From a virus: 64,000 nucleotides of DNA. Positions within the stretch are counted from its first letter, which is position 1, and each line of letters opens with the position of its first letter. The stretch lies in the IMG/VR virus record IMGVR_UViG_3300010391_000222, positions 2,770 through 66,769 of that record. One strand, written 5' to 3'. The notes under the pieces are model-generated. The model did not search any database and was not told the origin of the DNA. It saw only the letters and a program-made list of their open reading frames with translations. The position numbers were made by a program, and so were the translations under genes. Below are positions 48,732 through 57,196 of this stretch, in pieces.

Positions 48732-49154
48732 TCATACAGGATACTCCAGTTCTCTTATGTGTGGTACATCTAATTCTAAATAACTAAACTTACGATAATC
48801 TACACTCTTACCTAGATATTTACTAGGAGTTTCTAAATTAGGTCTAAAGTATTTTCTTCTTAGTCCCTTTTCATAGAGCCCTGGGAATGCTTTCATACGT
48901 TCCTTGTACTCTTCCAGGGGCTCTAGGTTACATATCAGAACACCTAGATATTCCAAATAATTGAGGACTATGGTAATCTTGTACCGATGCATATATTTCC
49001 ATCGTTTAGAAATACTCTTAAAGATACGCAACGGATAAGCCTTTTGATCTTTTTCATGAATTCTAATACAAGTATTTAGGACATCTTGAATATACTCGTT
49101 ACTAAAGTTTTTAATTCTTTGGAGATACTTCTTCGGGAAGGGCTTCAAGAGCAT
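48732..49154 (-). CDS. Hypothetical protein
   Basis: 140 aa, basic. Confidence 0.5.
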   Translation of the reverse strand: MLLKPFPKKYLQRIKNFSNEYIQDVLNTCIRIHEKDQKAYPLRIFKSISKRWKYMHRYKITIVLNYLEYLGVLICNLEPLEEYKERMKAFPGLYEKGLRRKYFRPNLETPSKYLGKSVDYRKFSYLELDVPHIRELEYPV

Positions 49155-49320
49155 ATATTAAAACATTTGCCTGTCTTTTTAAGTAGCCTAGTTCTTCTCT
49201 TAATTTAATTACTTGATCGAGTCTAGTCTCTGCAATGATATTCCACTTGAATCCTGCAAGATATTGTAATCGTTCACTTAATTCTTGTTCTCTGTCTTCT
49301 ATTTCTCTCTGATACATCAC
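49111..49320 (-). CDS. Hypothetical protein
   Basis: 69 aa, GGAG RBS directly after a consensus promoter. Confidence 0.55.
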   Translation of the reverse strand: MMYQREIEDREQELSERLQYLAGFKWNIIAETRLDQVIKLREELGYLKRQANVLIYALEALPEEVSPKN

Positions 49321-49334
49321 TTTTAAACTCCCAT

Positions 49335-49363
49335 ATGATACAATATATTGAACTTAGTGTCAA
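49335..49363 (-). promoter_or_regulatory. Sigma70-type promoter
   Basis: TTGACA-17 bp-TATCAT on the - strand; restarts leftward transcription beyond the + strand lysis cassette. Confidence 0.75.
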
Positions 49364-49421
49364 CTTAAATATCTTAATAAAGATAACTCTAAGTTAACCC
49401 CTTGATTTAAAAGGATTTTTC

Positions 49422-49640
49422 ATGGATAATAAATTTGTACTAAAGTCCCAGACTATCTGGGGTGTCCTATTTGGTTTTGTCGGACTTGCTCTTTCTGTCT
49501 TTGGATATCAATTTAGTTCAGGAGCAGAAGCAGAAATTACCGATGCAGTAGGTAAGACCATTGCAGCAGCCGGTGGTCTATGGGCGCTAGTAGGTCGTTA
49601 TCGTGTAGGTGACTTGTTCTTCAAGAAACCAAGTGCCTAA
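49422..49640 (+). CDS. Holin (two TM helices)
   Basis: KFVLKSQTIWG..TM..TM..GRYR, AAGGA RBS; upstream of a spanin-like pair. Confidence 0.65.
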   Translation: MDNKFVLKSQTIWGVLFGFVGLALSVFGYQFSSGAEAEITDAVGKTIAAAGGLWALVGRYRVGDLFFKKPSA

Positions 49641-49870
49641 TGAGCATCGTAGCTCTAGTTAATGGTATTCTTAGCTTGCTCCAAAGTTTAGTCGCTTGGG
49701 GGCAAGCTAGGAAATTATTCAATGAGCATGAAAGCATAATTGCAGCTACCATCCTTACTAAAGCACTAGAGGATATTAAAATTGCTCGACAAGTTGAGAT
49801 TGAGCTTAGTCATAAGTTTGACGCTAATCCTAGCGACGTGTCAAGCAACGACGGCTTTCGTAGAGACTAG
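49640..49870 (+). CDS. i-spanin-like (Rz) protein
   Basis: N-terminal hydrophobic helix, helical body, DGFRRD end; overlaps the lipoprotein gene. Confidence 0.55.
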   Translation: MSIVALVNGILSLLQSLVAWGQARKLFNEHESIIAATILTKALEDIKIARQVEIELSHKFDANPSDVSSNDGFRRD

Positions 49871-50042
49871 ACCTACCAACCCCGTAATCGTCGAGCGAGG
49901 CGCGACATTTTGTGAAATAGCTCTACCGTTTTATTGGTCAAAGTCCGATACGTCCGATACTCAGAAACAAGCGAAAATCCATAACGAAAAGGGAAAAAGA
50001 TTGCACTGTAACTGGGCTCAATTCGGACCATTGCAACCATAG
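49782..50042 (+). CDS. o-spanin (Rz1-like lipoprotein)
   Basis: Signal peptide with lipobox ILATC; FCEIALPFYWSKSDT..IHNEKGKRLHC; overlaps Rz in another frame. Confidence 0.7.
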   Translation: MLDKLRLSLVISLTLILATCQATTAFVETRPTNPVIVERGATFCEIALPFYWSKSDTSDTQKQAKIHNEKGKRLHCNWAQFGPLQP

Positions 50043-50113
50043 ACTTCTCTTTTTCTATTTTTTTCCATAATTCATAGAAATCTATATCTTCATAAGGCAT
50101 TTCTTCTATGATT

Positions 50114-50410
50114 TCAGTCAGAGATTTTTGTTGCATCAGGAACCTCTCTCGCTTGCTTTCTAATTGCATTCACTTCATGAAAGAATGCACTAAGGTACAT
50201 CTCAAGTATTCTATTGGCTTCAAATCCGTCTATGACCATTACAGGTCTTGTAAAAGTGTATTGACCATCAATCATATAATGATCAAAGACAGGATCGTAC
50301 TTGATCCTAATGATATGTTCTTGTGGTTCACTAGCAGGTTTAGTAGTCTTTCCCATTTCAAGATAATTCTCCGCTGCATAGGCCATTTCTTCTTGTATGT
50401 TATACGACAT
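50114..50410 (-). CDS. Hypothetical protein
   Basis: 98 aa. Confidence 0.5.
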   Translation of the reverse strand: MSYNIQEEMAYAAENYLEMGKTTKPASEPQEHIIRIKYDPVFDHYMIDGQYTFTRPVMVIDGFEANRILEMYLSAFFHEVNAIRKQAREVPDATKISD

Positions 50411-50975
50411 AGATGAACATTCCTATGATGAACAATTGCACCATTGCAATCATTATATTAGCTCGCCAGATTGCTTCTATGTCATCTTTAGTAGTAAGAA
50501 AATAGAAGTAATTGATTACTGGGTAGCATATTCCACTAAGAATATATACAAGGCTAAACCAAGGTACGAGACCCAAGACAACCAAAGCCAAAGGGGCATT
50601 CCTGACCATTCCAATAAAACCTTGGCCTGACATATGAAAGCCGAGGAATTCAGTCTCTGACCAATAATCATTGGGAGTATCTTTCCATAATTTAGGCCAT
50701 AGCCAAGAAGTCAACATTTCAGTATCTTGAGGCTTTATTCCATGAAGCCACTGTTGCTTCCATGTATTAAAATTATGAATTGCATGAGACCTATCATCGA
50801 AGAGAATCAAGGGTATGTACACTGAAGCAAATATAAGAATACTTCTCCAAATGAATTGAGTATCTGGAGTAGTTCCAAAGAATACCAATAGAGTAATAAG
50901 TATGCTCCATAAAAGTATATGGTACTTGTTAATCTGTTCCTTTATTTTCTGTATCATGGTAAGATTTACCTTCAA
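50400..50975 (-). CDS. Polytopic membrane protein
   Basis: 191 aa with several hydrophobic helices. Confidence 0.6.
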   Translation of the reverse strand: MKVNLTMIQKIKEQINKYHILLWSILITLLVFFGTTPDTQFIWRSILIFASVYIPLILFDDRSHAIHNFNTWKQQWLHGIKPQDTEMLTSWLWPKLWKDTPNDYWSETEFLGFHMSGQGFIGMVRNAPLALVVLGLVPWFSLVYILSGICYPVINYFYFLTTKDDIEAIWRANIMIAMVQLFIIGMFIYVV

Positions 50976-51120
50976 TTAAGTCATTAATATCCTTATTTAA
51001 TTCGATATTAAACATAAGATCGTCAATGACATCTAAGAAATCACTACCTAAATTATCGGCATCATGTTGGTCTCTTACATCTTTTAATGCTTTATAAAGC
51101 GTCAATAATCTTTGTTCCAT
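50929..51120 (-). CDS. Hypothetical protein
   Basis: 63 aa, AGGAG RBS upstream. Confidence 0.55.
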   Translation of the reverse strand: MEQRLLTLYKALKDVRDQHDADNLGSDFLDVIDDLMFNIELNKDINDLIEGKSYHDTENKGTD

Positions 51121-51208
51121 GTCATTATTTACTCCTAATAATTAATGGGCTCCGCACAAGAATCATATGCGCTAACTTAGCTTCCCCAACAGAAGGACCC
51201 ATCCCCAT

Positions 51209-51556
51209 TTAGCTTTTAATAAGTTTCTGTATCTCGGGAAGTACTGGAACTACCTTGGCAATTGGCTTAATTTCAAGGATTACCAATGGCCTATTAAGCT
51301 TCTGGCTATGATGACTAGCTGCTTCATAGTTGTCGAAACTATCGAAAGCTAATTTTACTGGGAGACCCCGTACTTTCTGATTGCTCATTGAGGCTTGCAT
51401 GTCCTTAGGTATAGAATCATTAAGGACCAATGGGTCGATTACAGCGAAATAAGACTTCTGTAGGAACTCCCCCTTGGCAAAGACATCTCTTGCTACGACA
51501 GAAGGATGTTCCTCGGTAGTTCCCATTGTAGAACTAGTTTTAAACAAGGTATTCAT
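51209..51556 (-). CDS. Hypothetical protein
   Basis: 115 aa, AGGAG RBS. Confidence 0.6.
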   Translation of the reverse strand: MNTLFKTSSTMGTTEEHPSVVARDVFAKGEFLQKSYFAVIDPLVLNDSIPKDMQASMSNQKVRGLPVKLAFDSFDNYEAASHHSQKLNRPLVILEIKPIAKVVPVLPEIQKLIKS

Positions 51557-51567
51557 GTGATTTACTC

Positions 51568-51885
51568 CTAATTATAAGGGTTAAGGCTATTAGAGCCCCG
51601 CACAGGCCCTTTGATATCAGGGGTACCTAGAGTACCTTCTGATCGTCCAGGAGGCTCCTGGAAGCTTCTGAAGAGGATTCTGAGCCTAGCTCGCCTAGCT
51701 AGCTCCATCCAAAGAGCATTAACCTCTATAAAGAGTTTAAAGACCCTTGAATTCTTACCTATGTAATTATCCCTTCTAAGATAATCCTCTAATTTAAATT
51801 CTAAATTCATTGCTTTAGTCTGAATTTCTCTGTCTGTAATTATAGGCATTGTAAGTATTTCCTTAAAATAGACCCTATATATCAA
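51568..51885 (-). CDS. Hypothetical protein
   Basis: 105 aa; true start probably the internal ATG (MPIIT). Confidence 0.45.
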   Translation of the reverse strand: MIYRVYFKEILTMPIITDREIQTKAMNLEFKLEDYLRRDNYIGKNSRVFKLFIEVNALWMELARRARLRILFRSFQEPPGRSEGTLGTPDIKGPVRGSNSLNPYN

Positions 51886-51925
51886 TAGGTTAAAAGATAA
51901 TCATGGAATAGTTGTATCTACCCTC

Positions 51926-51953
51926 TTGACTTTTTAATTATTTGTGATAAACT
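51926..51953 (+). promoter_or_regulatory. Sigma70-type promoter with extended -10, pointing into a non-coding region
   Basis: TTGACT-16 bp-TAAACT with TGn immediately upstream of the -10. Confidence 0.6.
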
Positions 51954-51957
51954 TACG

Positions 51958-52206
51958 TGATTGAAGCATCTTAGGAAAGAGCTTACAATCGAATGTTCAT
52001 AGTTAATTCTTGGATTGAGAAACCGAGAATATATTTACCAAGCAAGAGAGTCATTAGACTGACGGTTGATAATGTACCATAGATCAGAGGATAAATCAAG
52101 CCAAAAGATGTAGTAGACCTCTGGTTGAGCATACTATATATAGTATTTATATGAGCCGCGAGGTAAACCTAGATACTATATATAGTATATCTAGGTTTAA
52201 TCCGCG
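51958..52206 (+). ncRNA. Candidate structured non-coding RNA (or replication origin)
   Basis: No ORF of 60 aa or more; four consecutive helices, two needing G-U pairs valid on the + strand; starts ~5-7 nt after the -10 box. Confidence 0.45.
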
Positions 52207-52213
52207 TACTAAT

Positions 52214-53602
52214 CTAGGCATATATAGACCACATTGCTTCATCTGAACCATCATCAAAGGGCTTATTTCCTATGGTAATTGTCTTTTTATCGTTATAATG
52301 AGACCTATTATACATATATTCGCTTGCTTGATCAAAGTTATTTTGAAGCCAATCGTAAATAGCTTGCTTACCACCAAAGACACCATTGTTATACAACCAT
52401 GCAGCAGCTTCATCAGGATAAGTAAGGACCCAATCTAATACTTCTGATTTATTCATCAATGCAAAATCTTTGGTATCTAAGATTCGTTCCTTCTCTTTGA
52501 CAAATGCACTCATTGAAGAAGATTCTAAAGAATCTTTTTCCTTGGATTCTACTGTAACTTGACTTTTAGTTTTTAATTCTAATAGGTCTTGTTGAGCAAG
52601 ATGATTACTAATAATCTTTAGTGCGTCTCTTTGTTGCGATTCTTCGAATCGGCTCTCTACCATCTTGCGTTGCATTAGACCTACGACCATATCGAATCTC
52701 ATGGTATCTTTGTTAGTATCTCTAATCCAGCCATATCCCCAATTAGGTCCTCCCTGCGTTCTCTTTGCAATAAGATATTCTCCCTCTTTAAGTTGACCTT
52801 TGATTTCATCAGTGATGTCAATTTCAGGAGGATAAAGGGAATTGATAGTAGTAGCATACCCACGAGAATCAATGGAAGTAGCATGAGGATTACCATGATT
52901 ACTAAGGTCCACCACAGTACTTTTAGACGGTTCTCCAGCATTATTATGGATATTATGATGTTGGTTCTTCCATTGATCTCCTATAAAGGAAGAAGCTCTA
53001 TTGCTTCTATAATGAGGAGTATCCAAGGAATATCTATTGGAATACCAGACACCAGGAGCTTCTTTCTCGTTTGTATGCCCTTCTTTTTCATTGAAGATTA
53101 TTACTCGTGAATCTCCAAGAATAAATAGTAATTTATTATGTTTACCTACATCTCGTTCTACTAGTCTCTTGAACCCGGTATTGAATATAATATCTGGTTT
53201 TTCTTTAATGATAGGTTTTAATATTTCGTCTACATAGACAGCAGTATCGCTTCTAGGATCGTTACTTTTCCATATACCTGTCCCTGAAATCACTCCATTA
53301 TGCATCAAAGCTAGGTCCATCTGATCTCCTAGTTGAAGACTAAGGATTTCAAATGGATGAAGATTGTCATGAGACTTTTCTCCATGTGTCCTAAATCTAA
53401 AATGTACTGCTACAGGAGCTTCTTTCGGTACTAGTTCAAAGACTCTTTTGAATGTCTCGAATGAGGACATTCTCTTGCAGTAATGCAACTTGTTGTCCTG
53501 AGCAAAGACAATACCCCAACCATCCCCATTGTTTATATGAGCATTACGCAGACTATTGGGTACTATTAGACTCTTCTTTGGTGCATAAGCGATCAGACAC
53601 AT
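52214..53602 (-). CDS. Class II (Ntn) glutamine amidotransferase with C-terminal extension
   Basis: MCLI N-terminal Cys2, NGDGWG, HFRFRTHG, NLHPF, MHNG, SDT, WYSN. Confidence 0.85.
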   Translation of the reverse strand: MCLIAYAPKKSLIVPNSLRNAHINNGDGWGIVFAQDNKLHYCKRMSSFETFKRVFELVPKEAPVAVHFRFRTHGEKSHDNLHPFEILSLQLGDQMDLALMHNGVISGTGIWKSNDPRSDTAVYVDEILKPIIKEKPDIIFNTGFKRLVERDVGKHNKLLFILGDSRVIIFNEKEGHTNEKEAPGVWYSNRYSLDTPHYRSNRASSFIGDQWKNQHHNIHNNAGEPSKSTVVDLSNHGNPHATSIDSRGYATTINSLYPPEIDITDEIKGQLKEGEYLIAKRTQGGPNWGYGWIRDTNKDTMRFDMVVGLMQRKMVESRFEESQQRDALKIISNHLAQQDLLELKTKSQVTVESKEKDSLESSSMSAFVKEKERILDTKDFALMNKSEVLDWVLTYPDEAAAWLYNNGVFGGKQAIYDWLQNNFDQASEYMYNRSHYNDKKTITIGNKPFDDGSDEAMWSIYA

Positions 53603-53688
53603 CAGTTGTTATTCCTTTGATATTCTTCCAACTATAAATCCTAAAATAAATATTATAAATATAATTAGTCCAAATGCAATTTCTTCCA

Positions 53689-56085
53689 TTAGGCTACCTC
53701 CTCATATTCCTTGCTATACTTAGAGTTAAAGACATGTACAGTATTGATGTATTTCTTCTTTTCCAGCCATTTAGTAAGCCATTTGTATTGTCCTCTATTA
53801 TGCGCACACCATGTAACAAAGGCATTTACTGCCTTAGTTCCTTGTATATCTTTATTGGAAGCAATGTTGCACCAAGTAACTAGGGCATGTACAAAGTCTA
53901 TATTCTTCATGAATCCTGCCTTAGCTACATTACTTCTGAATATTCTTATTTCTATAGTAGGTTTTCCATTGGTATTAAGATTTATTGCTTCTCGTTCTAT
54001 ACCAGGAGTAAACCTAGGTAGAATTCTATGGTCTGTAGACAAGGCTTTACCTTGTTTGATCTTTTTGTCTACAATCTTGGCATATCTGGACTCTTTTCGT
54101 CCTGCAATATCTTCAATAAATACTCTATTGTTAGGATCACCTGTGAATTGTAAAAGTCTACCTAATTGTAATTGATTTATTGCTGCCTTGGAAATATGGA
54201 TGTGTATTCCACAACTAGGTCTTTCGTTTTCTCCATTATTTGACCATCCTGCAAGGAATGTACTAGGTGCAAGGTCTTTTTCATTATCGGGGTAGTCTTC
54301 CTTGAAAAATCCTTCCCATGCTTCGGTCATATGCCATCTATGCGTTCCTGGAACTGAGACTATTTCAAAACCGCTTATATGTTCATTTATTATACTGATA
54401 TCCGATTTCATGATACCAATACCTTTTTTATTCAAGAATTCATTTATGATAGATGCACAAAATGTCTGAGCTTCGTAAGCTCTACGATCTATATTCGAAA
54501 GACCCGATTGTTTTAATATGTCATGAATGTACTTAGAAGGAGTTACTTCAAGTTCGATACCCATGTACATAGTCTTGTCTATTTCTTTAGACCCAGGATG
54601 ATAGAGACTATTAGGGTTTTTGATTATTTCTATTACAGGTTTTTCACCTTTGGCTAATCTATGATAACCTTCTTTTGAACTGGGATGATATGTAAGAGGA
54701 TTAGCAGTATATTGCTTTATGAAATTATTTAATCTAACGCCTCTACCACCTTGTCTATAAAGTATCTCATAACACATAGTACATAGATATAAAGGTTTCT
54801 TTGTTTCTTCAAATGGTTTCCCATTGCTATAATTTATTGCATACCATCCTTGCGTCCAAACTTGAACAACAGGTCTTGTTACAACTACTTGTTCAACTAA
54901 ATCAGAGCCTCCTAATTTTTTATTTATTAAAACCTTAATAGACTCAATAATTTGATCTTTAGTAGCTCTTATAGGTATTACCGCAAGATTTCTTACAGAT
55001 AATTTCCCCAGAAGAAATTCTTTTACTCTAGCATCAGGACTTACATTATATATTTCATGGCAATGATGTAAGGTTTCACAACAAAGACATGTAACAAATA
55101 ATCTTTGATCTACTAGTCTTTTCGGTATGAAATCATTAGGAGCATCACTTAAATATACAATTCCTTCATGTAAATATTCAAATCTATGCGTCCAATTAGA
55201 ATGGTACAAAGTATTTTCTTCAAAAGGCTCTTTAGTTACTTTGTAGTACAAATTTTGCATCCATATTAGAAAATTTCTATGGTCCATACGTAAAGAATAT
55301 CTTAGGTTTTTAGGAAAGTATCTTCGCCAGATAAAAACCTGATTATCATGAATAGGCATTATATCTTTTATTATAGTTCTATAATCAAGAAAATCATTTG
55401 TACTAAGTCCTGCTTTAGTAGCTAGTGTATTTACTAGTTGTATACTTGTAAGATTCTTCCATTCACGGTCTATTGCATTATATTGATTTTTCCTTGCATT
55501 AGATATCCTATTATAGATACATTGTAAATAATCGACTAAAGTAGTCTCGATTAGTAGAGGTTTATTTTTATTTTCTTCATATTTCTTGAGATCATTACGA
55601 TATTTCCACCATATTTCTTTTATTGGAATCGGGATTACATCTTTGGAAACTGGTTGCCATGTCTGTGTCCAGGTATCGAACATTAACCAACTAAAATCTT
55701 TTAAGACATCTTCAATCTTATATATACACATATCTTCGATAACATTATAAGACTTTGTATTTACTTCACGAGGACTTAAAGGTTTAGAATTTATTACTCT
55801 TACAGTAAATTTATTTTGTTTGTTCCTTAGAGCTTTAATTATATTTCTTATATCACTAAGTTTAAATAAGATTTGATCTTTATTTAAATTATTTAGCTTT
55901 GAGTCCCAACCTATGTCAGGTTCTTTTTGTAGTGTTGTTGCCATCGGAGGATTACCGTCGGTAAGAGTTCTTGTAGTATTTAGACCTATTGTATAGGTAT
56001 AGGTTCTATTAATCCAAGTATTCCAAGTATTTTGATCAGTTAGATACTCACCATCGTTATAGATAAGACGATTATTAGGAGGCAT
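53689..56085 (-). CDS. Putative amidoligase (COOH-NH2 ligase fold) with a long N-terminal region
   Basis: C-terminal MGIELEV, KSDISI..GFEIVSVP, SCGIHIHIS, AINL..TIEIRIFRS. Confidence 0.8.
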   Translation of the reverse strand: MPPNNRLIYNDGEYLTDQNTWNTWINRTYTYTIGLNTTRTLTDGNPPMATTLQKEPDIGWDSKLNNLNKDQILFKLSDIRNIIKALRNKQNKFTVRVINSKPLSPREVNTKSYNVIEDMCIYKIEDVLKDFSWLMFDTWTQTWQPVSKDVIPIPIKEIWWKYRNDLKKYEENKNKPLLIETTLVDYLQCIYNRISNARKNQYNAIDREWKNLTSIQLVNTLATKAGLSTNDFLDYRTIIKDIMPIHDNQVFIWRRYFPKNLRYSLRMDHRNFLIWMQNLYYKVTKEPFEENTLYHSNWTHRFEYLHEGIVYLSDAPNDFIPKRLVDQRLFVTCLCCETLHHCHEIYNVSPDARVKEFLLGKLSVRNLAVIPIRATKDQIIESIKVLINKKLGGSDLVEQVVVTRPVVQVWTQGWYAINYSNGKPFEETKKPLYLCTMCYEILYRQGGRGVRLNNFIKQYTANPLTYHPSSKEGYHRLAKGEKPVIEIIKNPNSLYHPGSKEIDKTMYMGIELEVTPSKYIHDILKQSGLSNIDRRAYEAQTFCASIINEFLNKKGIGIMKSDISIINEHISGFEIVSVPGTHRWHMTEAWEGFFKEDYPDNEKDLAPSTFLAGWSNNGENERPSCGIHIHISKAAINQLQLGRLLQFTGDPNNRVFIEDIAGRKESRYAKIVDKKIKQGKALSTDHRILPRFTPGIEREAINLNTNGKPTIEIRIFRSNVAKAGFMKNIDFVHALVTWCNIASNKDIQGTKAVNAFVTWCAHNRGQYKWLTKWLEKKKYINTVHVFNSKYSKEYEEVA

Positions 56086-56130
56086 AAAGTTACATTCCTC
56101 ATATTTCTAATGAATTTATCTAAGGGAATA

Positions 56131-56355
56131 TTAAGCATCTTGTTTATATCTTTCTATAGTTTGTTTTAAAGTCAAAGCATTTCTTATTTCACCTTTATAT
56201 AAAGGGCGTGGTCCATCTGATAAATTATTAAATTCTAATTCATTTTCTAATTCAATAGCTTTTTCTGCTGCTTCAATTGTCTTGAACAATTTAAATTCAG
56301 CACTCCCATCTCCACAATCTTGAATTATGTAATAACATAGCGGTTTATTGGTCAT
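56131..56355 (-). CDS. Hypothetical protein
   Basis: 74 aa, AAGGA RBS, IQDCGDGSA motif. Confidence 0.6.
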   Translation of the reverse strand: MTNKPLCYYIIQDCGDGSAEFKLFKTIEAAEKAIELENELEFNNLSDGPRPLYKGEIRNALTLKQTIERYKQDA

Positions 56356-56367
56356 TGAAAATTCCTT

Positions 56368-56403
56368 GAAAAAGAGAAGGGGCTGCCTTTTGAACAGCCC
56401 CTT
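56368..56403 (-). terminator. Intrinsic terminator downstream of the tRNA
   Basis: 9-bp stem aaggggctg/cagcccctt followed on the - strand by CTCTTTTTC. Confidence 0.65.
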
Positions 56404-56411
56404 GATTTAAT

Positions 56412-56487
56412 TGGTTCTCAAGGTAGGATTCGAACCCACTTCTTCCTCTTTACAAAAGAGGGCTTCACCTAGCAAAGCTTCTTGAGA
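56412..56487 (-). tRNA. tRNA-Thr(UGU), atypical
   Basis: Acceptor TCTCAAG/CTTGAGA + A + CCA; D stem GCTT/AAGC; anticodon stem CCTCT/AGAGG with loop TTTGTAA; T arm GTGGG-TTCGAAT-CCTAC. Confidence 0.8.
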
Positions 56488-56497
56488 ATACTAGGGC

Positions 56498-56815
56498 TTA
56501 ACGTGTATTCCAAGCAGGGTTCTGACCACGGAAAGCCTTGACTCGCGCAAGCGCACGCTTCAGGGGATTATAGTCGTTACCTACTGCTTTCTTAAGCGCA
56601 TCAATGTCCCGCTTAAGATTATCCATATGGGACTTACGCAGGAAAGATACAAAGAAAGCCTCATTAAGGCCGTTCGCAGCATCACGCTGCGCCGGGGTCT
56701 TAAAGTAGCCATCCAAGATCATTCCCTTTAGATGCACTGCTTCATCTACTGAGTCAACGGTAGGAACCTCTGCATCATGTTCTACCTTTGGCTTCTTTTC
56801 ACGTAGTACAATCAT
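56498..56815 (-). CDS. Hypothetical protein
   Basis: 105 aa, GAGGAG RBS. Confidence 0.65.
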   Translation of the reverse strand: MIVLREKKPKVEHDAEVPTVDSVDEAVHLKGMILDGYFKTPAQRDAANGLNEAFFVSFLRKSHMDNLKRDIDALKKAVGNDYNPLKRALARVKAFRGQNPAWNTR

Positions 56816-56930
56816 TTAGTTTACTCCTCTATTGGGTTCATCTAGAATAACCCATGATTCTTGGTTTTTTAATATTCCCTTATAATATCAAACCAAGATA
56901 AATAAAACTTCTTATAAGGGAAAGAGTCAA

Positions 56931-57113
56931 CTAATGTTGTAAATTAGACCACATATCTGTATATTCTTTTAGAAATGTAAGAGCATGACTAGAATTTAAT
57001 TTCATAGGTAGTTTATCTGATATTTCCATTAGCCAAGTACAATAATCTTTCAAAATTTCTGCTTCAGATAAATTTAAAATTAATGTATAGGTTTTTTCAG
57101 ATTGCATTTTCAT
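56931..57113 (-). CDS. Hypothetical protein
   Basis: 60 aa, GAAGGA RBS. Confidence 0.5.
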   Translation of the reverse strand: MKMQSEKTYTLILNLSEAEILKDYCTWLMEISDKLPMKLNSSHALTFLKEYTDMWSNLQH

Positions 57114-57196
57114 CTGTTATCCTTCGCGCATTGCAGCTAATAAAATACCTAATAAAATAGCTAAGATACAACATATTATGTACATTGTAGCAAAGC

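Noticed and set aside
51146-51201. Small - strand branched structure ending in CCCA, possibly tRNA-like
   Set aside because: Only ~55 nt with no TTC T-loop or anticodon arm; could be a processing or terminator element but is unsupported
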